Positions 1-13,366 of a stretch of DNA of 64,000 bases are shown here, piece by piece (position 1 is the first letter of the stretch; each line of letters begins with the position of its first letter). The stretch is from positions 8,866,001-8,930,000 of the forward strand of contig OX597823.1 of NCBI GenBank assembly GCA_951406725.2. Reading direction: 5' to 3'. Source of the DNA: Octopus vulgaris (lineage: Eukaryota). The notes below the pieces were generated by a model. It was not told the origin of the DNA and did no database searches. It was given only the letters and a program-made list of their open reading frames with translations. The position numbers were made by a program, and so were the translations under genes.

Positions 1-132
1 ACACAATGCGTCCGTCTAATCATTCGCTGTTTGTTTTAGCTTTATTTTTAACTGCTTTTGTATCTGTGTGGGTGTTCCACATTGACTTTTTAAAGATATT
101 GTTTCATGAAAATGGTGTTTATTTACGTAATA

Positions 133-527
133 CTAGCAGTATCACCCGGCGTTGCTCGGATTAGTAAGGGAAATAACTATATAAGCATTTTTAGAGATGT
201 AAAGTAAAATAGCCATCTCAATATGGCTAACCACAAAGGGGGGGGGTTACTGTAGCTTTTTACGTTCTGGGATTTAATAATACATTTTTAGAGAGTTACT
301 TCCCTTATATAATAGCAAAAAAATGCATTAAAATGGGAAAAATTGATGGTAATTTTCTTTTAAAATCGTAGACTCATCGTAGACGCGCGTTAATACCCAG
401 AAGGGCTCGATATGAATCACGACTATTAGATACCCAGTTTTGGTTAAACTGCACCGCAAAATGTGGGAGTAGTTGGGAATCTAAATCGTAGGAGACAGAC
501 ACACAACCTCTCTTTTATATATAAAGA
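133..527 (-). mobile_element. Non-autonomous Helitron, ~395-bp family, copy 1
   Basis: Minus strand starts 5'-TCTTTATATATAAAAG and ends ...CCGAGCAACGCCGGGTGATACTGCTAG-3' (subterminal hairpin + CTAG). Inserted between A and T with no TSD. Near-identical copies elsewhere in the window. Confidence 0.85.
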
Positions 528-1513
528 TTTTCAACTGAGATATTTCGATCACATCTAAACTGTTAAAGAATTTGTTATTACTTTTATTTTTAAGATCTTT
601 CAATATAATTTTTTTTGCTCCTGATATTTGAATCAAAATGAGATGAGCGATACGACAGATTCACTCTCAGAAGATTTCCATGTATGTTCCTTGTCAGCTA
701 TTCTAAAAATCCCAGATTAAATAACCATGCATACAACTTTACGCAAACTGAATCTCTCAATGTCTTTAATTCTTTTAAGATTTCTATTCACTATTAAATC
801 ATTCGAAATTTTATTACCTATTGACAAAACATTCTATATTGTCCAGTCCCTTCCCAGTATGCTAACGTTAGTGTTGGTACTGAGAATGTATTATGAAATT
901 TCTATCTAATGCAAGATGTAAGCTCTCCTTCCATGATTTTATTAAATTTGTCTTAATACGTATTGTCTAATTAGATTTTGTATAACGTATTTTGTCCTGT
1001 ATCAAGATATTTATCGAAATCACAACCACGAATAAGAGAAAAAGATCATCATTTATATGCAGGTTTTCGATTTGGAAGCATCTTTTCTCCGTTATATATT
1101 ATTCTGGTTGAATGTTTTACTTGGAAAACGCTGTTATTACGATCCAACAAAGGTATCCGACACACGGTCGCCCGACTTGTTACAGAAAAAGATATATAGT
1201 GATTCCTTTATGTCTAAAGCAAGGAACCAGAGCTACCGCGTCGAAGCAAAGCAACAATAGCGTAAAGTTGAACAGAAAAGGCAACAACAACAACAGAAGC
1301 AGGGTGCGTGGTCAGAGTAAACAGCAGTAACAACCCCTACTTCGCACGATTAGAAAAGCAACCTTCTAATAACTTCCACGAGCCGTTCGCTATGTCACCC
1401 TGTTCACATGTACTCACTTCTTTTTACTCCCGCCGTCATCATCTTCATCCTTTTCCTCTTCATCAACAACAGCATCACCGTCGTCGTAGTCGTCATCATT
1501 AACATCGTTTCAT

Positions 1514-1546
1514 CAACTACTACTACTACTACTACTGCTGCTGCTG

Positions 1547-1607
<61 letters not shown>

Positions 1608-1692
1608 AGCTGCTGCTGCTCCTGTTGCTTTTGCCATCAGCAGTAGAAGTACCACCACCGCCAACACCAGCACCAGCACCACCACTACTACT
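1514..1692. repeat. (ACT)n/(GCT)n/(ACC)n trinucleotide microsatellite
   Basis: Direct reading; produces the spurious poly-Thr/poly-Val ORFs. Confidence 0.95.
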
Positions 1693-2087
1693 ATAGAAGA
1701 AAACATATCAGTCTTTCAGACTCCCTCATTCTATAGTAATTAATGAAAGGACTGGGTATCCGCAGTTTTTCCTTTGAAAGTAAGCAAGTCATCGTTCCTA
1801 ATTCGAATACCTCCATTTGGTATTTGGATGTATTCAAAGGATTTAGCTGGAATGCTATAATTCCGCCTAGACCTCCGACAGGAAACTTGTAGAGACATAT
1901 CTATGCACGACCTCCTATTCTTCTAAAAAAATGAAACGAAGAGCCTAAAACCCTTGGACACTTTTGACTCTCCTCCTGTATCCGTTGTCTTCTGTCCAGC
2001 CTAGAGTTCATTCACTTCCTCCGTGAATAAATTGTGAATACGTAGGTTCAACGTATTTACACTCTATATATCTAGACTTTACATTCT

Positions 2088-2425
2088 ACAGGCGTATGGC
2101 TCAGTGGTTAGAGCGTCGAGCTTACGATCGTGAGGTTGTGAGCTCGAATCCCGGACCGGGCTGCGTGTTGTGTTCTTGAGCAAGGCACTTTATTTCACGT
2201 TGCTCCAGTTCACTCAGCTGTAGAAATGAGTTGCGACGTCACTGGTGCCAAGCTGTATCGGCCTTTGCCTTTCCTTTGGATAACACTGGTGGCGTGGAGA
2301 GGGGAGGCTGGTATGCATGGGCGACTGCTGGTCTTCCATAAACAACCTTGCCCGGTCTTGTGTCTAGGAGGGTAACTTTCTAGGTGCAATCCCATGGTCA
2401 TTCATGACCGAAGGGGGTCTTTACC
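2088..2425 (+). mobile_element. tRNA-derived SINE (family B)
   Basis: A-box TGGCTCAGTGG, B-box-like GCTCGAATCC, CORE-like TTGAGCAAGGCACTT; 11-bp TSD CTTTACATTCT at 2077-2087 and 2426-2436. Confidence 0.85.
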
Positions 2426-3555
2426 CTTTACATTCTGCTTCATGGCGCATTTATCAGCTTATCTCTTCAGTCTCATTCCACATGACACGCTATATTCAAC
2501 CTTTACTCCCAAAGAAGTGTCTGTGAGTGCAAAGGCTCAATTCATCCGCTTACTCACATATTTCATCTGGGCATCAGTTATTATGACTCCTACTATTCTC
2601 CCAAATGCATCTGCCCCTACGGTTCTCTTGGTTTCTCGTTACATTGGCATGTCTTCGATCATATTTCCTACTGCTTTGAGGACGCTTATCTTCTTCGGAC
2701 AATTCGTCCACCAAGGTGATTTCAGCGCTCATAACCGAACGTGGATCTGTCACTAACCGTACACAATATCGAGAGTGCAAAAGGTTAATCATTTGTAATC
2801 CTCAGCTCTCTACATTAATCTGTTTCAAACCCAACACTCGTCCCAGGTCAACACACACACACACACGATCTTTTTCTTTGTTCCAAAGTCAAATACTGTC
2901 AAAATTGCAAATGTCTCAGGGTTCATCGCGTCTTCCGACAACCACTTAATCGTATCTACCAAACACAAAACTATATAACTCACACACCCAGCACTGTATC
3001 ACATCTTAAATCAGACGACTGGTCGGTGGCTCGCCAGTTTATACTACCTACGTCTGGTAGCCGATTCTTTTAGTTTCTTGTCAAAACAAAAACAAAAATA
3101 AACAACAACACAAAAATTCAACAACTTTGAACAATCCATTCAAATTCCATAAAATATATATAAATAGCACCCCCTCAGAAAAGGCTTTCACTTTCCTTAA
3201 CTGCTTTGCAACAAGCTCCACACTGCAAATCCGTCAGCGTGTATAGATACAGGTCAAATGCATGAGTACCTTAGGCATAAGTTGCATTTCTTAGATCTAT
3301 TAACATATGGCTTGTATTTCCTCACCGTTCTCCAATTAATTGTATTAGGTGTGCAGCTGCTTTTCAAATTCCATACGTGACTACCTTCGGTCACTTCAAA
3401 CCACTGGCCTTGAATACATACTCTGAAATATGGTATCCCAGAGCCTTTTCCTTACTAACTCTTATACGTATATCCCCCTCTCTATAGAGAGAGGGAGATA
3501 TACGTATAAGATATACGTATAAGATCTGTCGTACATTTGGTAATACGTTAGAATG

Positions 3556-3941
3556 GTGGAGGCGCAATGGCCCAGTGGTTAGGGCAGCGGACTCGCGGTC
3601 ATAGGATCACGGTTTCGATTCCCAGACCGGGCGTTGTGATTGTTTATTGAGCGAAAACACCTAAAAGCTCCACGAGGCTCCGGCAGGGGATGGTGGTGAT
3701 CCCTGCTGTACTCTTTCACCACAACTTTCTCTCACTCTTACTTCCTGTTTCTGTTGTACCTGTATTTCAAAGGGTCGGCCTTGTCACTCTCTGTGTCACG
3801 CTGAATATCCCCAAGAACTACGTTAAGGGTACCACGTGTCTGTGGAGTGCTCAGCCAATTACACGCTAATTTCACGAGCAGGCTGTTCCGTTGATTCGGA
3901 TCAACCGGAACCCTCATCGTCGTAACCGACGGAGTGCTTCC
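3556..3941 (+). mobile_element. tRNA-derived SINE (family C), full length
   Basis: Head GGCGCAATGGCCCAGTGGTTAGGGCAGCGG...GGTTTCGATTCC; 14-bp TSD AATACGTTAGAATG (3542-3555, 3942-3955); five further copies in the window. Confidence 0.9.
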
Positions 3942-4534
3942 AATACGTTAGAATGTTTTAATTTCCAAGAAAGGTAGCCCCCCCTTTATCCTGGCAAATA
4001 CCACCCAAACGCTCCATTACGTGAATTCCGATATCGATTGGACTATTGTGGCAAATTAACGACGGCGTTCTTCTCCAATACGTTGAATCTCTCTCTCTCA
4101 CCCTTCTTTACGACCATCAATACTTTTTCTATGTAGACAATTTCCCTGGTGATCTCCTCTCTTAGTCAGTCAGTGGTGGAATCCCGCCTTGGAGCACTTT
4201 GAGGGAAGGAAATTCTGCAAAGAATTTCAACCGCATGCAAATCTCCTTTAGAATCTATCCGTTTTAGGGTGCCATCCGAGATTTATGACTTCCCTCTTGA
4301 GTTGTGTTGGTGGAGATTTTTATATTTCAGACTCTGTTGTCTTATTCAGATGCTTGTATTCCTCATTTTTTGGCATTAATCTCAATTACTAAGGCCATTT
4401 TGTATAATCTAGTCTTGAATATATTAAATGAGTGGACGAGGAAAAGTTCTTTGTTCACGGCCTTGTTCGATCAAGCTTAAGTTCGAGCTAATTTAGAATT
4501 TTCTGGATCAATTTATTTTTCAATTTTGTTGAGT

Positions 4535-4691
4535 TACTCTTTTACTTGTTTCAGTCATTTCTTACTGTGGCCATGCTGGAGCACCGCCTTTAGTCGAGTA
4601 AATCGACCCCAGGACTTATTCTTTGTAAGCCTATTACGGGGACACGCCAGCTTCGGTTGTCAAGCGATGTTAGGGGGACAACACAGACACA

Positions 4692-4765
<74 letters not shown>

Positions 4766-4807
4766 GTTCGTAAGCAAGCTACTTACCCCACAGCCACTCC
4801 TAGGCCT
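4535..4807 (-). mobile_element. tRNA-derived SINE family D, internally deleted
   Basis: Reverse complement of the family D tail (GACTGAAACAAGTAAAAGAG) and head, with the internal CA/TA microsatellite. Confidence 0.8.
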
Positions 4808-5503
4808 ATAAAATATGTCAACCAAATACTATAGGCGAAAATAATCCTGCAAATGATTGCGCTTGTAGCTACGTTTGAAAACCAGAATCACATTTATTTA
4901 TTTTCAGTAAGCATGTTTAGAGTACATATCAGTTATTGGTGACATTGATATTTCATGATCCTAAAAGACAATCCAGCATTTTTGTAAACTAAACGACAGA
5001 CGTTTTGTGCCAAATTACAAACATAGAAAGAAGGGGTATATTTGTATTGAAGCATCTATAATACTAAAGAAACTTATTTCGTTTCCAATTCCAACTGTGA
5101 GAATTATCTATTATGAAATCGTGAGACTTATTTTTGACATATATCATGATTCCAGCTTTATTCTGGATTGAGTTGAATGTCCATTCTTAATTAAGTGACA
5201 TCGCCGTTAGATTCCTGCTAGTTTTTTTTTTTATGCGAGCTAGTACAAATTAATTAATTAAAAGCTGCTCGGTATATAATTATTTTCTTTTGTTTATTTA
5301 GTCTTCATTAATGACTTTTGTTTATTTAGTCTTCATTAATGATTTGTATGAGTCTTGGGGATACTGACTTAATCACTTCTGTGGAGCCATCATATAATGC
5401 TTAGAAAAATAAAACTACTCGATACAAAGACTTTAAAAGTATTATAAGTTCTATTCTATGACGCACAAAAATATTCTATTGTTTGAGCATTATTATATTA
5501 GTA

Positions 5504-5764
5504 CTAGCAGTATCGCCCGGCGTTGCTCGGGTTGTAAGGGAAATAACTATATAAGCATTTTTAGAGAGTTATAGCCAAAAAGTAGCAAAAAAATGCATTA
5601 AAAATTGAAAAAAAATTAAGGTAAATTTTTCTTTAAATCGTTGACACATCGTAGATATTTTTAGAGTGTTACTTCCCTTATATAAAAGCGAAAAAAATGC
5701 ATTAAAATGGAAAAATATGATGGTAATTTTTTTTTAAATCGTAGACTCATCGTAGAAGGGCTCG
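5504..5764 (-). mobile_element. Non-autonomous Helitron, 5'-truncated, subfamily with internal duplication
   Basis: CTAG + CCCGGCGTTGCTCGGG hairpin; duplicated TTTTAGAG...AAAAATGCATT block, as in the copy at 30364. Confidence 0.75.
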
Positions 5765-6952
5765 TTTGTTATTCTGGGTAACTTTCTGTAAAATTATTAA
5801 AACTTTGTTCAAACATCGCTATAGAAAATGGGTTATTAGCTAATATTCAATTGGGTATACAACAAAATTTTACGATAGAATTTGTTATTCTGGGTAACTT
5901 TCTGATACCCATAATAATATTTATGGCAAAATAGGCCTTAATTTCATTTAAGGTTGTGGGAAACGACTAACTATCCTTTCTTTCGGTTTGTTTACGTTTA
6001 GCGTAATGATTTCAAATAGGCTCATTCGAAAAAGTAAATAGAAATAGTCTAAGGCTTTACTCTTCTGGGAAAGTCTGTGGCTTGGTCCAGTTTCTTCAGA
6101 AAACTCACCGAAAGAAACAGTTTTTAAATTTTCACTCCATTCAGGTACCAATGCGTTTTCTTTATCGCTGTCGGATTCACTGTTTTCACTTTAATAGCTG
6201 CCAACTTGCAAAGACAAAGGAGGAGAAGGGTGATAGCGTCAGTGAAACAATTCGCTCCCTTTGTGTGTGTGTGCGTTTGCGTGTGGTGTAAACCAGACTA
6301 AGAAAAGCATTTGACACACACACCAGAATGTGAGTTTTCTGTAAATTTTGCTTAATTGGAGTTTAAATTTTAAAAACTGGACCTGGCATGACGCGATGCA
6401 TTGTACTCTTAAAATTGCTAGGTAAATTGTAATTGAAGAAATCCTATATTGTAGATTTGTATAACTCCCAAAGGGAGGCAGATAAAATCTGCCTTTTATA
6501 ATAAGAGATAACATGACTAGTTGCTATGGCTTTTGCTGTTGTTCCATCTCGTATCTAGTGCTCTCGAATGGAAATGTTTTCATTTTTCGTAAAAGGTTAT
6601 ATTGATCTGTGAAAACCAGCTTAAAATTACCGACAATTTCATTATCCATACATTAATTCTAAATTTACTGATGCGTTTAATTTTCAGTATTCCATAATGA
6701 ATTCGGTTCTCTTATAATTATTACGTTACCCAACAGTTCTGCTAATTTGTAAAAAAGTTCAGAGAGTGTAATATAGAATTTAGTTGTAGTTTCGCTAGAA
6801 TATTCATGCATTTGAAGGTAATTCTGCAACATCATGGCTTTATAGGTATCCTGCTTTCCATTTTAGATACCTGAAAACGGAGATTTCAATTTCCTAGGAA
6901 TGGTCATATGCCGCATTTCTTTTTCTTTACAAGTGCCCATATGTAAATTTTC

Positions 6953-7376
6953 GGATCTTTTCGGTTTGAACGACAGTTTTTTTCTAGCGGTGTCATATGA
7001 AATTGTCACCCATAATTATGACCCTAGTATCGATCTATTGCATTTCTATCTGTTTTAGGGTTAGTTAGGGTTAGGGGTGGGGGGAAGGGTATCTTGTTTT
7101 TCTTCACAAATGTTAATAAACCCAATGTGTTTCTTAAACGAGGGACATATTCATACGGCACAGAATGCTTTTTACCTGAATAGACGTAATTGATTGGTTG
7201 AAATTGCAGAAATTGAAGAAAAACAACAAGAAATATCTTACAAACTATAGAATTTTCTCAATAAAAACAAAGAGAAAAAGATGTTTTATAACCACATTCT
7301 ACCAGTATGCGATGTTTAAAATTTTTTAGTTACCTAGAAATTATGTTAAAAACTGCTGTTCAAACCGAAAAGATCC
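6953..7376. mobile_element. MITE with ~28-bp TIRs and 8-bp TSD (Merlin- or hAT-like)
   Basis: TIRs GGATCTTTTCGGTTTGAACGACAGTTTT / AAAACTGCTGTTCAAACCGAAAAGATCC; TSD AAATTTTC at 6945-6952 and 7377-7384; internal TTAGGG repeats. Confidence 0.88.
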
Positions 7377-7785
7377 AAATTTTCAGATTACACGCATACA
7401 TATATTAATACAGACATTCAGACATCAATATGTAAACTTGTATGTTTTAAACTACTAACTTGTGTATCGCCCTCTGTTAATCGAATGACTGTTTTGACAT
7501 AATCAAACACGAATTTGATGTAACTGTACCAAACAAAATATTGTCGTTGTCTGTGTTTAGACCGGTAACAGATGCGAGCGCTAACGCCCGCATACACATT
7601 TACAAGCTCTTACACATGCACTCAGTCACAGGCACACACAGGTACAGACACATTACAGGCACATACACACACAAGCACAGACATACACACGCACCCTCCC
7701 CCCCCGCGAACACACGCATACATCAATGCAAACACCAATATGTATGGTGAATTTACATACAGTTGCTGTTTACTAAATTTCACTG

Positions 7786-7960
7786 AGGCATAGGTATGGC
7801 TGTGTGGTAAGTAGCTTGCTTACGAACCTTATGGGTTCAGGTTCAGTCCCACCTTTGGCAAGTGTTTCTACTATAGCCTTGGGCCGACCAAATCCTTATG
7901 AGTGGATTTGGTAGACGGAAACTGAAAGAAGCCTGCCGTATATATATATATGTATATATA

Positions 7961-7991
<31 letters not shown>

Positions 7992-8223
7992 ATGTATGTA
8001 TGTATGTATGTATGTATGTGTGTATGTTTGTGTGTTTGTCCCCCAGACATCGCTTGACAACCGATGCTGGTGTGTTTACGTACCCGTAACTTAGCAGTTC
8101 GGCAAAAGAGACCGATAGAATAAGTACTAGGCTTACTAAGAATAAGTCCTGGGGTAGATTCGCTCGACTAAAGGCGGTGCTCCATCATAGCCATTGTCAA
8201 ATAACTGAAACAAGTAAAAGATA
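7786..8223 (+). mobile_element. tRNA-derived SINE family D
   Basis: TGGCTGTGTGGTAAG...GGTTCAGTCCC head, TTGGCAAGTG core, internal microsatellite, GTAAAAGA tail. Confidence 0.85.
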
Positions 8224-8538
8224 GCATAACTCAAAGCGAGGTTACATTTGAGAAAAAAATGACCAAAATGCGAACCATATGCTTAAGTGTATTTTAACTA
8301 CACAATCGTTCCTGCACTTGAACGTAAGTATGTATCTAATATATATGTATATTTCGAAATGTAAGCTAGTATGGTAATGGATTGAAACGACTGACAAATC
8401 GTCATACTATACGGTAGTTACAAACATTACCAGGATTAAATTAAGTTTAATTATAGAAGTTTGAAGTTTATACTATTGAATATACGAAGAATAGTTGCCC
8501 CTTAGAAGTATATTAGTATTTTATAAAAAAAATAAAAC

Positions 8539-9022
<484 letters not shown>

Positions 9023-9205
9023 ATTTATAGGAAAAAAATAGTTGAACATGTTTACACAAACACATACATAACCATATATGGAAGTGTGGGTACGCATTTC
9101 ATGTGTTGTAACTTTACAATTATTTAGAGGGATACATTCACAACTACATATATTAAACTCTATAGTTACATAGATCGAGTTACACATACACATATAATGT
9201 ATATT

Positions 9206-9248
<43 letters not shown>

Positions 9249-9443
9249 GTAAATTATTATGTGACAATTATACAATAGCTAGATAACCGAAGAGATGGTG
9301 TTGGGGATTTCCACTTTGGCATCCGAAATTCAGAGCTTTATCTTGGCTATTGTATAATTGTCACATATCAATTTACAGATGAATTTCCTCTATTTACATA
9401 ATATTGAGGGCTCTTTCTTTCTTTTGTTATCTTACCGTTTTTA

Positions 9444-9482
<39 letters not shown>

Positions 9483-9484
<2 letters not shown>

Positions 9485-9701
9485 CGGGAAGCTTTATGAA
9501 AATAAACAAAATACGAAGGCAGGTGGAATACAAACAAACAATAGTATTAGTATGGCGCTCAGGAATATAAATAAAACAAGTCTTTTACGTTTCGAGCCTA
9601 CGCTCTTCAACAGAAAGATACACAGAAAAGAAACACGGAAAGAAACAAGGAGAGAAAAATCATGCGTGCAGAAGCTAGCGAATCAACATGGCGATCTGGC
9701 G
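9483..9701 (-). mobile_element. Penelope-type terminal-repeat fragment carrying a minimal variant HHR (9582-9617)
   Basis: Minus strand CTTT-CTGTTGA-A-GAGC-GTAG-GCTC-GAAACGTA-AAAG; flanked by (TA)n; homologous to 35378-35585 on the + strand. Confidence 0.65.
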
Positions 9702-9799
9702 ATATATATATATATATATATATATATAGTGTAATAAATAAAATATATGCATACATACATACATATATGTACGTACCTACATCTGCATGTATATGTACA

Positions 9800-9866
<67 letters not shown>

Positions 9867-10170
9867 GTGAGTACAGGACACCACAAATAGACGCAGAACT
9901 CAACGAGAACGAAAACGTGAAAATAAGCATGGAACGAACCTTTTTTACAAAGAAAAAACAGAGTACTAGACAAACTACACAAGGAAAAATCCCCTTCATC
10001 AGCTGTCCCTAGTTCAACTCCAGCGTGTTTCGAAGGTGAGGACAGAACACGACTCGTCGAACTAGCCCTTCCTGCGAAGAAATCAAAGGAAATTACTTCG
10101 CAGAGGGGTAAAAACAAGGAAAGAACAAAATGTAACACAAACAGGACGTAAAAACGATACAAATAAAATT

Positions 10171-10221
10171 ACAAAATAAAATACAAAATAAAATACAAAA
10201 TAAAATACAAAATAAAAATAC
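10171..10221. repeat. 12-bp minisatellite (ACAAAATAAAAT)n
   Basis: About four tandem units read directly. Confidence 0.8.
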
Positions 10222-10279
10222 AATTACAAAAAAATACAATACAAGAAATAAAAACACACAAGAAAACAACCAAAGAGGG

Positions 10280-10400
<121 letters not shown>

Positions 10401-11949
10401 GTGTATGTGTCTATGTTAGTATCTGTATCTGAATAAAATGTTATATTTTGTAGAAACAATATATGTATCAATAAGTGGAGGGGGAACAGGAATGGGATTA
10501 TTTTTTTTTTTACATAAATGTACAAACAAATATTATAGGAAATACTTCCTACTCGTACACTTGTATATACATATAAACAACTACCCAATAACATATTGTC
10601 GTACACATAAACATATTGGGGTACACACATTGTATTGTATAGTGCAAACGTAACCCTTTGCTGTGTCATTGTACAATTTCTTGTGTCTTTAGTTTATTAA
10701 AAACATCAACATATTTCACAAGTGACTGTTTGTTATCGTTTCCTCTTTTGTCTTATCTTTCCTCTCCACATCTGCCACCATCTTATATAATATTTACCGT
10801 CTTTTTTTTGCTGTGTCCATTACTGGAAAAAAGCCAACAGAGACAGCTTTGGCAAAGAACCAATATGTCAGTCTGAAAGATAACAATTTCTGTCTCGAAA
10901 ATCTATCTACTTTGATTAAATTTGCTTGATGAAGTCATGACTTCGTATTTCTGGCTCTATTTTCCGCTAAGTAAAAAAAAAACAAACAAATAAGTAAGAA
11001 AGAAATAGCTAGCCAGATAAATAAAATATATAACCAGCAAAAAATATATAGGACACTTGAAGAGATCAAATGTGAGACGAAAATATAGTGATGAGAGAGA
11101 AAATGCGTGTGTACATATGCGCGTGCCTGAATGTGTATATCTGTATATACACGCATATGTCACGCCCTCTCTTCGTCATGTACTACAGTGACAAAACGAG
11201 AGAGAAATACAGACAGAGAGAGAGAATGAGACAGAGAAAATGAAAGACAGAGAGCTAGAAAAACTGGTCTGCGAAACAGAGTGCGCGCACGCGTGCATGT
11301 GTGTGTGCGTGCGTATGTGTGTGTGTGTGTGTGTGTATGTGCTTGTCTCTGTGTGCTTGTGTGTGTGTGAGAGAAAAGATGACATTTGCGGAAGGCATTT
11401 ATCATGAAACGGAGAAAAGAGCAATTCTAAGTTGGTGACAAAATATACAGATTTTAATCTTCCAATGATGTAAAAAAAAAAAAAAAAGAGAGAAAATATT
11501 GGAAGTAACATGTAGGTTTGACCAAGCACTCAACAACTAATACAAAGTATCATTTCTAAGAGTGAAGTGCCATGTTTAATGCATCCGAGGTTCAATAAGG
11601 TTACATATGTTCAAAACCAAAATGTCATGTGCAGATCAACTCTTCAAAACAGACAGAATTTATGTACGTATAGCAGCAGGTGATTTATGATATCCAAATA
11701 AACGAATAAATAAAAAAAGAATCTAGTTTTCCATTCGAGATATTTTTCTACTTGATTTCATCATCTTACGGTAAAAAACATGATAAATTCTGTTAAAAAT
11801 GCTCTCGTAGCTTTCATATTTGGGAAATCAAATTATTAAAACCTATAAATACACTCACAAGTTATTTATGTATTGTTTTCCTTGTTTCACTCCTGCGAAT
11901 TTTGTTAGGCGAGGGCAGCTCCTTGAAGGTTTGATGTTAATGAATTTAC

Positions 11950-12326
11950 CTTCGTACCTTCTATACTTTAAGTTCGGTACTTATTCTATTCGCATAGTTG
12001 TACTAAACGCTAAGTTACAGAGACGTAAACAAACCGACTCTGGATGTCAAGCGTTAAGGGCGACAAACACACAAATACATACATGTACACACGCTTACAG
12101 ACAGACACACACATGCACATACACAAGCGCGCACATACATATATGTATATACTACAGGTTTCTACGTAGTTTCCGTCTCTCACAAGGCATTGGTCGGTTC
12201 GAGGCTATAGTAGAAGACTCTTGCCTAAGGTGCTGAACTAGAAACTATATGGTTGAGATGCAGAACTGAACAAGAAACCTTATGGTTGAGATGCTAAATT
12301 CATAACCATGCAGCAATGTCTCTGCA
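11950..12326 (-). mobile_element. Degenerate SINE family D copy
   Basis: GGTACTTATTCTAT, GTCAAGCG, GGTCGGTTCGAGGCTATAGTAGAAGAC motifs match the reverse complement of family D. Confidence 0.65.
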
Positions 12327-12483
12327 TATAAACGTCGGTGTATTTTTTTTTTTTGTTTACTTTCCCCTAAATATTTTTCTCTTCAAAGGTCTTGTAGTCT
12401 TGTCTGTTTAAATACATTCAATACACATCTATTGATCGAAATATTGGCAAAACAAATACACTGTTACTGTATTATTACTGAAG

Positions 12484-12757
12484 TGGAGGCGCAATAGCCC
12501 AGTGGTGAGGGCAGCGGACTCGCGGTCATAGGATCGCGGTTTCGATTCCCAGACCGGGCGTTGTGAGTGTTTATTGAGCGAAAACACCTAAAGCTCCACG
12601 AGCCTCCGGCAGGGCATGGTGGTGATCCCTGCTGTACTCTTTCACCACAACTTACTCTTACTCTATCTTCCTGTTTCTGTTGTACCTGTATTTCAAAGGG
12701 CCAGCCTTGTCACTCTCTGTGTCACGCTGAATATCCCCGAGAACTACTTTAAGGGTA
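12484..12757 (+). mobile_element. SINE family C, 3'-truncated
   Basis: Near-identical to 3556-3830. Confidence 0.85.
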
Positions 12758-12971
12758 TGATTATGAAGATTCGGACTGTTACTCACATCAATCGCGCTGA
12801 AATAACTTTTAACACATATATTTATGACGTGTTTCGATCAGGTTTAGTTCTATTTGTTCTTGAATGTCCTGTTACTGCATGTATACGTATTGCCCAACAG
12901 AATTTCGAGATAGAACCATTAATTCTTGTATCATCGGCATAGGAGATAACAGCGTTGCTGCACTTATTTAA

Positions 12972-13366
12972 TCTTTATATATAAAAGAGAGGTTGTGTGC
13001 TGTCTGTCTCCTACGATTCAGATTTCTAACTACTCCCACATTTTGCGGTGTAGTTTAACCAAAACTGGGTATCTTATAGTCGTGATTCATATCGAGCCTT
13101 TCTGGGTATTAGCGCGCGTCTACGATGAGTCTACGATTAAAAAAAAAATTTACCATCAATTTTTCCCAATTTTAATGCATTTTTGGCATATATAAGGGAA
13201 GTAACTCTCTAAAAATGTATTATTAAATCTCAGAACATAAAAAGCTATAGTACCCCCCCCCTTTGTGGTTAGCTATATTGAGATGGCTATTATACTTTAC
13301 ATCTCTAAAAATGCTTATATAGTTATTTCCATTACAAACCCGAGCAACGCCGGGCGATATTGCTAG
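12972..13366 (+). mobile_element. Non-autonomous Helitron, copy 3
   Basis: A|TC start, CCCGAGCAACGCCGGG hairpin, CTAG|T end. Confidence 0.88.

Noticed and set aside
1404-1743. Poly-Thr (mucin-like) / poly-Val ORFs
   Set aside because: Explained entirely by trinucleotide microsatellites; no splice or domain support.
2091-2160. Functional tRNA genes at SINE heads
   Set aside because: They continue into SINE bodies with TSDs, and acceptor stems are incomplete.
3020-3036. Minus-strand TGGCGAGCCA primer-binding-site-like motif
   Set aside because: No LTR pair or recognisable gag/pol motifs could be confirmed nearby.
5288-5342. 27-bp tandem duplication
   Set aside because: Ordinary slippage duplication with no further signal.
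10835-10905. GAGACAG...CTGTCTC-GAAA stem
   Set aside because: No CUGANGA-like core or stems I/III visible.
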